A DNA stretch of 64,000 nt from Gammaproteobacteria bacterium (GTDB lineage: Bacteria; Pseudomonadota; Gammaproteobacteria; Eutrophobiales; Eutrophobiaceae). The notes under the pieces were generated by a model. It saw only the letters and a list, made by a program, of their open reading frames with translations. It did no database searches and was not told where the DNA came from. Positions 61,736 to 64,000 of this stretch are shown here, piece by piece; positions within the stretch are counted from its first letter, which is position 1, and each line of letters begins with the position of its first letter. The position numbers were made by a program, and so were the translations under genes. The stretch covers positions 800,001-864,000 of the forward strand of contig CBDEUK010000002.1 in assembly GCA_965243205.1 (NCBI GenBank), written 5' to 3'.

Positions 61736-61812
61736 ACATGAATTTTCTTATTATTTATTAATATATCGTTATATTTCGATATATTAATCTAATGCTGTGA
61801 AAAAACAAAGGT

Positions 61813-62352
61813 TTATTCGTCTTCGAATGGGTCAACAAACGGATCGTCCTGATGCATTTCATCAAATTCAGCTATGAATTGTTCCAAATCTGACGTTTCA
61901 ATATCTCCCGACCAACGCGCGACGACCCGTCCATCTGGATGAAAGAGTGTTGTTTGCGGAATACCAACTAACCTTCTTCCAATTAATTCCGCGGTTAAAT
62001 CTAGATCTGCTAAAAAGATAGGAAAATCAATTGGATTTATCTCAAGAAATTTTTTAACGATATCCGCTTTGCCATACTCAAAACTGGGGTAATCAAGTGT
62101 GACGCCAACAGTGGTGATAGTATCTTTATGTTTTTTATTAAACGCTTCAATCTTAGGTAATTCACGCAAACACCAAGTGCAGGTGGGACTCCAAACATTC
62201 ACCAAAACCCATTTCCCTTTTCCGATATATTGATCCATTGCTTGCACATTGCCATCAACGTCTTCTAGTTTTGGTAAAGAATGCGCTTCAGAACAGGCCA
62301 GCAAAGCACTGAAAGAAATAAGTAATAAGATGTTCGGTAATATGTGTTTCAT
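61813..62352 (-). CDS. TlpA-like thioredoxin-fold lipoprotein
   Basis: Lipobox LLAC, WSPTCTWC..ELP, GIP. Confidence 0.85.
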   Translation of the reverse strand: MKHILPNILLLISFSALLACSEAHSLPKLEDVDGNVQAMDQYIGKGKWVLVNVWSPTCTWCLRELPKIEAFNKKHKDTITTVGVTLDYPSFEYGKADIVKKFLEINPIDFPIFLADLDLTAELIGRRLVGIPQTTLFHPDGRVVARWSGDIETSDLEQFIAEFDEMHQDDPFVDPFEDE

Positions 62353-62384
62353 TTTGTGCGAATCACAATGGTCATTACTCTATT

Positions 62385-63278
62385 CTAGACTGAAATCGAC
62401 AATAATTGTTCCTTATTCAACATAAATACGCCTTCTCCACCATTAGCGAATTCAAACCAGAAAAAGGGAATTTCAGGTAATGCATCAATTAATGCCTGTT
62501 GCGAATGCCCTACTTCTACAATCAATATACCGTTATCATTTAAATAATCTGGAGCCTGTCTTAAAATCTGTTTTACTAAAGATAATCCTTCATCATCAGC
62601 ACGTAAGCCTGTAACCGGTTCATGATGATACTCTTCAGGCAATTCTGCTACTTCCGCATCACTGACATACGGCGGGTTACTTACGATAAGATCATAATTC
62701 TTGGTTTCAATATTTGAAAATAAATCTGATTCAACAGCTCGCATGCGATGAGATAAGTTATGTTCATTAATATTTCTCGTTGCAACTTCAATAGCAGCAG
62801 AAGATATATCAGCAGCATGAACCATAGCTTCTTCAAAAGCATAAGCACATGCAATGGCTATACAACCAGAACCTGTTCCAATGTCTAATATATTATTTAC
62901 TGAATTAATATCTAACCAAGGTTGAAACCGTTCTTCAATTAACTCGGCGATGGGCGAACGAGGGATTAATACATTTTCATTCACATAAAAAGGTAAGCCA
63001 CAAAACCATGCTTCGTTAAGTAAATAAGCCATTGGTTTTCGAGAATCGATACGTTGTTGGCAAATTTCATCTATTGTGTTTATTTGTTGAGAATCGACCA
63101 ACTCTTGAACAGCTTCTTCTGAACAATCAAATGGTAAATTTAAAACAGTGAATACTAAATAAACGGCTTCATCTAATGGATTGGATGTACCATGACCATA
63201 AAACAGATTTGCTTTATCAAAACGTTCTTCAATGATATGAACTAACTCAAGAACGGTTAGTGAATTTTGATCAGACAA
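62385..63278 (-). CDS. prmB: Ribosomal protein L3 glutamine methyltransferase
   Basis: GHGT, VLIPRSPIAELI, DIGTGSG, SNPPY; likely TTG start at 63278; upstream of aroC. Confidence 0.95.
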   Translation of the reverse strand: MSDQNSLTVLELVHIIEERFDKANLFYGHGTSNPLDEAVYLVFTVLNLPFDCSEEAVQELVDSQQINTIDEICQQRIDSRKPMAYLLNEAWFCGLPFYVNENVLIPRSPIAELIEERFQPWLDINSVNNILDIGTGSGCIAIACAYAFEEAMVHAADISSAAIEVATRNINEHNLSHRMRAVESDLFSNIETKNYDLIVSNPPYVSDAEVAELPEEYHHEPVTGLRADDEGLSLVKQILRQAPDYLNDNGILIVEVGHSQQALIDALPEIPFFWFEFANGGEGVFMLNKEQLLSISV

Positions 63279-64000
63279 TCGGAGAATATCCAGGCAGGTT
63301 ATTGAGATCGACTTCATCGATCTGTTCAGGATTTAAATATTCTTCTGCAAACTTTAAATATACTTTTTGATCGATAAACACATCAAACAATTGCGAATCA
63401 ACATGGTTATCTTGTTTCATACGTCCCAGTATTGATAAGGCTTGTGAAAGTTTCATACCTTTTTTATATGGACGACTTACTGATGTTAATGCTTCAAATA
63501 CATCAGCAATGGCTAACATACGAGCAGGTACAGACATTTGCTCCTGAGTTAAGCCGTTTGGATAACCTGTACCATCCATACGTTCATGATGACCACCAGC
63601 ATATTCAGGTACACGCTCTAAATGTTTAGGATAAGGCAATGATTCCAACATTTTTATAGTAACGGAAACATGATTATGGATAATTTCTCGTTCGCGTAGG
63701 GTTAAAGTACCGCGGCTAATTTGTAAATTATTAATTTCTTCATCGCTTAATAACGGTTTGGTATTGTTATCCGAATAAGTAATAGATGTTTCAGCAATAT
63801 TTTCGATACTGAGTTTATCTTCTTCTGATAAATATTCACCGCCAACATTGGTTTTTTGAATAAAGTCTCGTTGTTTTAGTAATCGATCTACTTCTTGTTG
63901 ATATTGAAGATCTTCTTTGGCTTCGAAACCATCATTTTCCGATGTGCGTAACAACGCTTTTATTCTTGCATCACGAATTAATATTTCATATCGTAAATTA
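63271..64000 (-). CDS. HD-GYP c-di-GMP phosphodiesterase, partial (N-terminus beyond window end)
   Basis: HHERMDGTGYP, IADVFEALT, RPYK. Confidence 0.9.
   Translation of the reverse strand, partial: NLRYEILIRDARIKALLRTSENDGFEAKEDLQYQQEVDRLLKQRDFIQKTNVGGEYLSEEDKLSIENIAETSITYSDNNTKPLLSDEEINNLQISRGTLTLREREIIHNHVSVTIKMLESLPYPKHLERVPEYAGGHHERMDGTGYPNGLTQEQMSVPARMLAIADVFEALTSVSRPYKKGMKLSQALSILGRMKQDNHVDSQLFDVFIDQKVYLKFAEEYLNPEQIDEVDLNNLPGYSPIV

Noticed and set aside
5706-63629. Numerous 60-160 aa ORFs nested in or antisense to long genes (e.g. 6118-6399, 15736-16221, 33829-34173, 51877-52227, 58152-58550)
   Set aside because: They overlap well-supported genes, lack RBS or motifs, and look like shadow ORFs.

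Overview
AT-rich chromosomal window from a bacterium, most likely a Gammaproteobacterium (aceEF, argG, prfB-lysS, recJ, alaC-hom-thrC, tldD, aroC, prmB). I found no rRNA, tRNA, CRISPR array, integrase or transposase. Main accessory features: (1) A type I secretion locus, hlyB-hlyD-small 4-TM membrane gene-RTX protein. The RTX gene is missing from the ORF track because it runs off the window. It carries an FrpC-type Asp-Pro self-processing module directly behind a short hydrophobic N-terminal domain, giving a toxin/immunity-like layout. (2) A cassette-like stretch (~12.2-18 kb) with decayed attC-like sites. (3) Within that stretch, an unannotated and complete four-segment transcription attenuator. 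Its Ile-rich leader peptide (MNIDSLRTNFRIITIIP) is apparently leaderless, and it precedes a P-loop kinase and an HD-type hydrolase rather than biosynthetic genes. (4) A PspA/ESCRT-III gene plus a large membrane protein with a divergent HTH regulator and a 14-bp inverted-repeat operator. (5) An HvfA/B/C-like (MNIO/DUF692) Cys-repeat RiPP cluster with a displaced DoxX gene. Also present: a TA-flanked MITE-like repeat in two versions, the prfB +1 frameshift, a standalone BLUF protein, orphan soxCD and three c-di-GMP proteins. All family calls come from motif recognition by eye, not from database searches.
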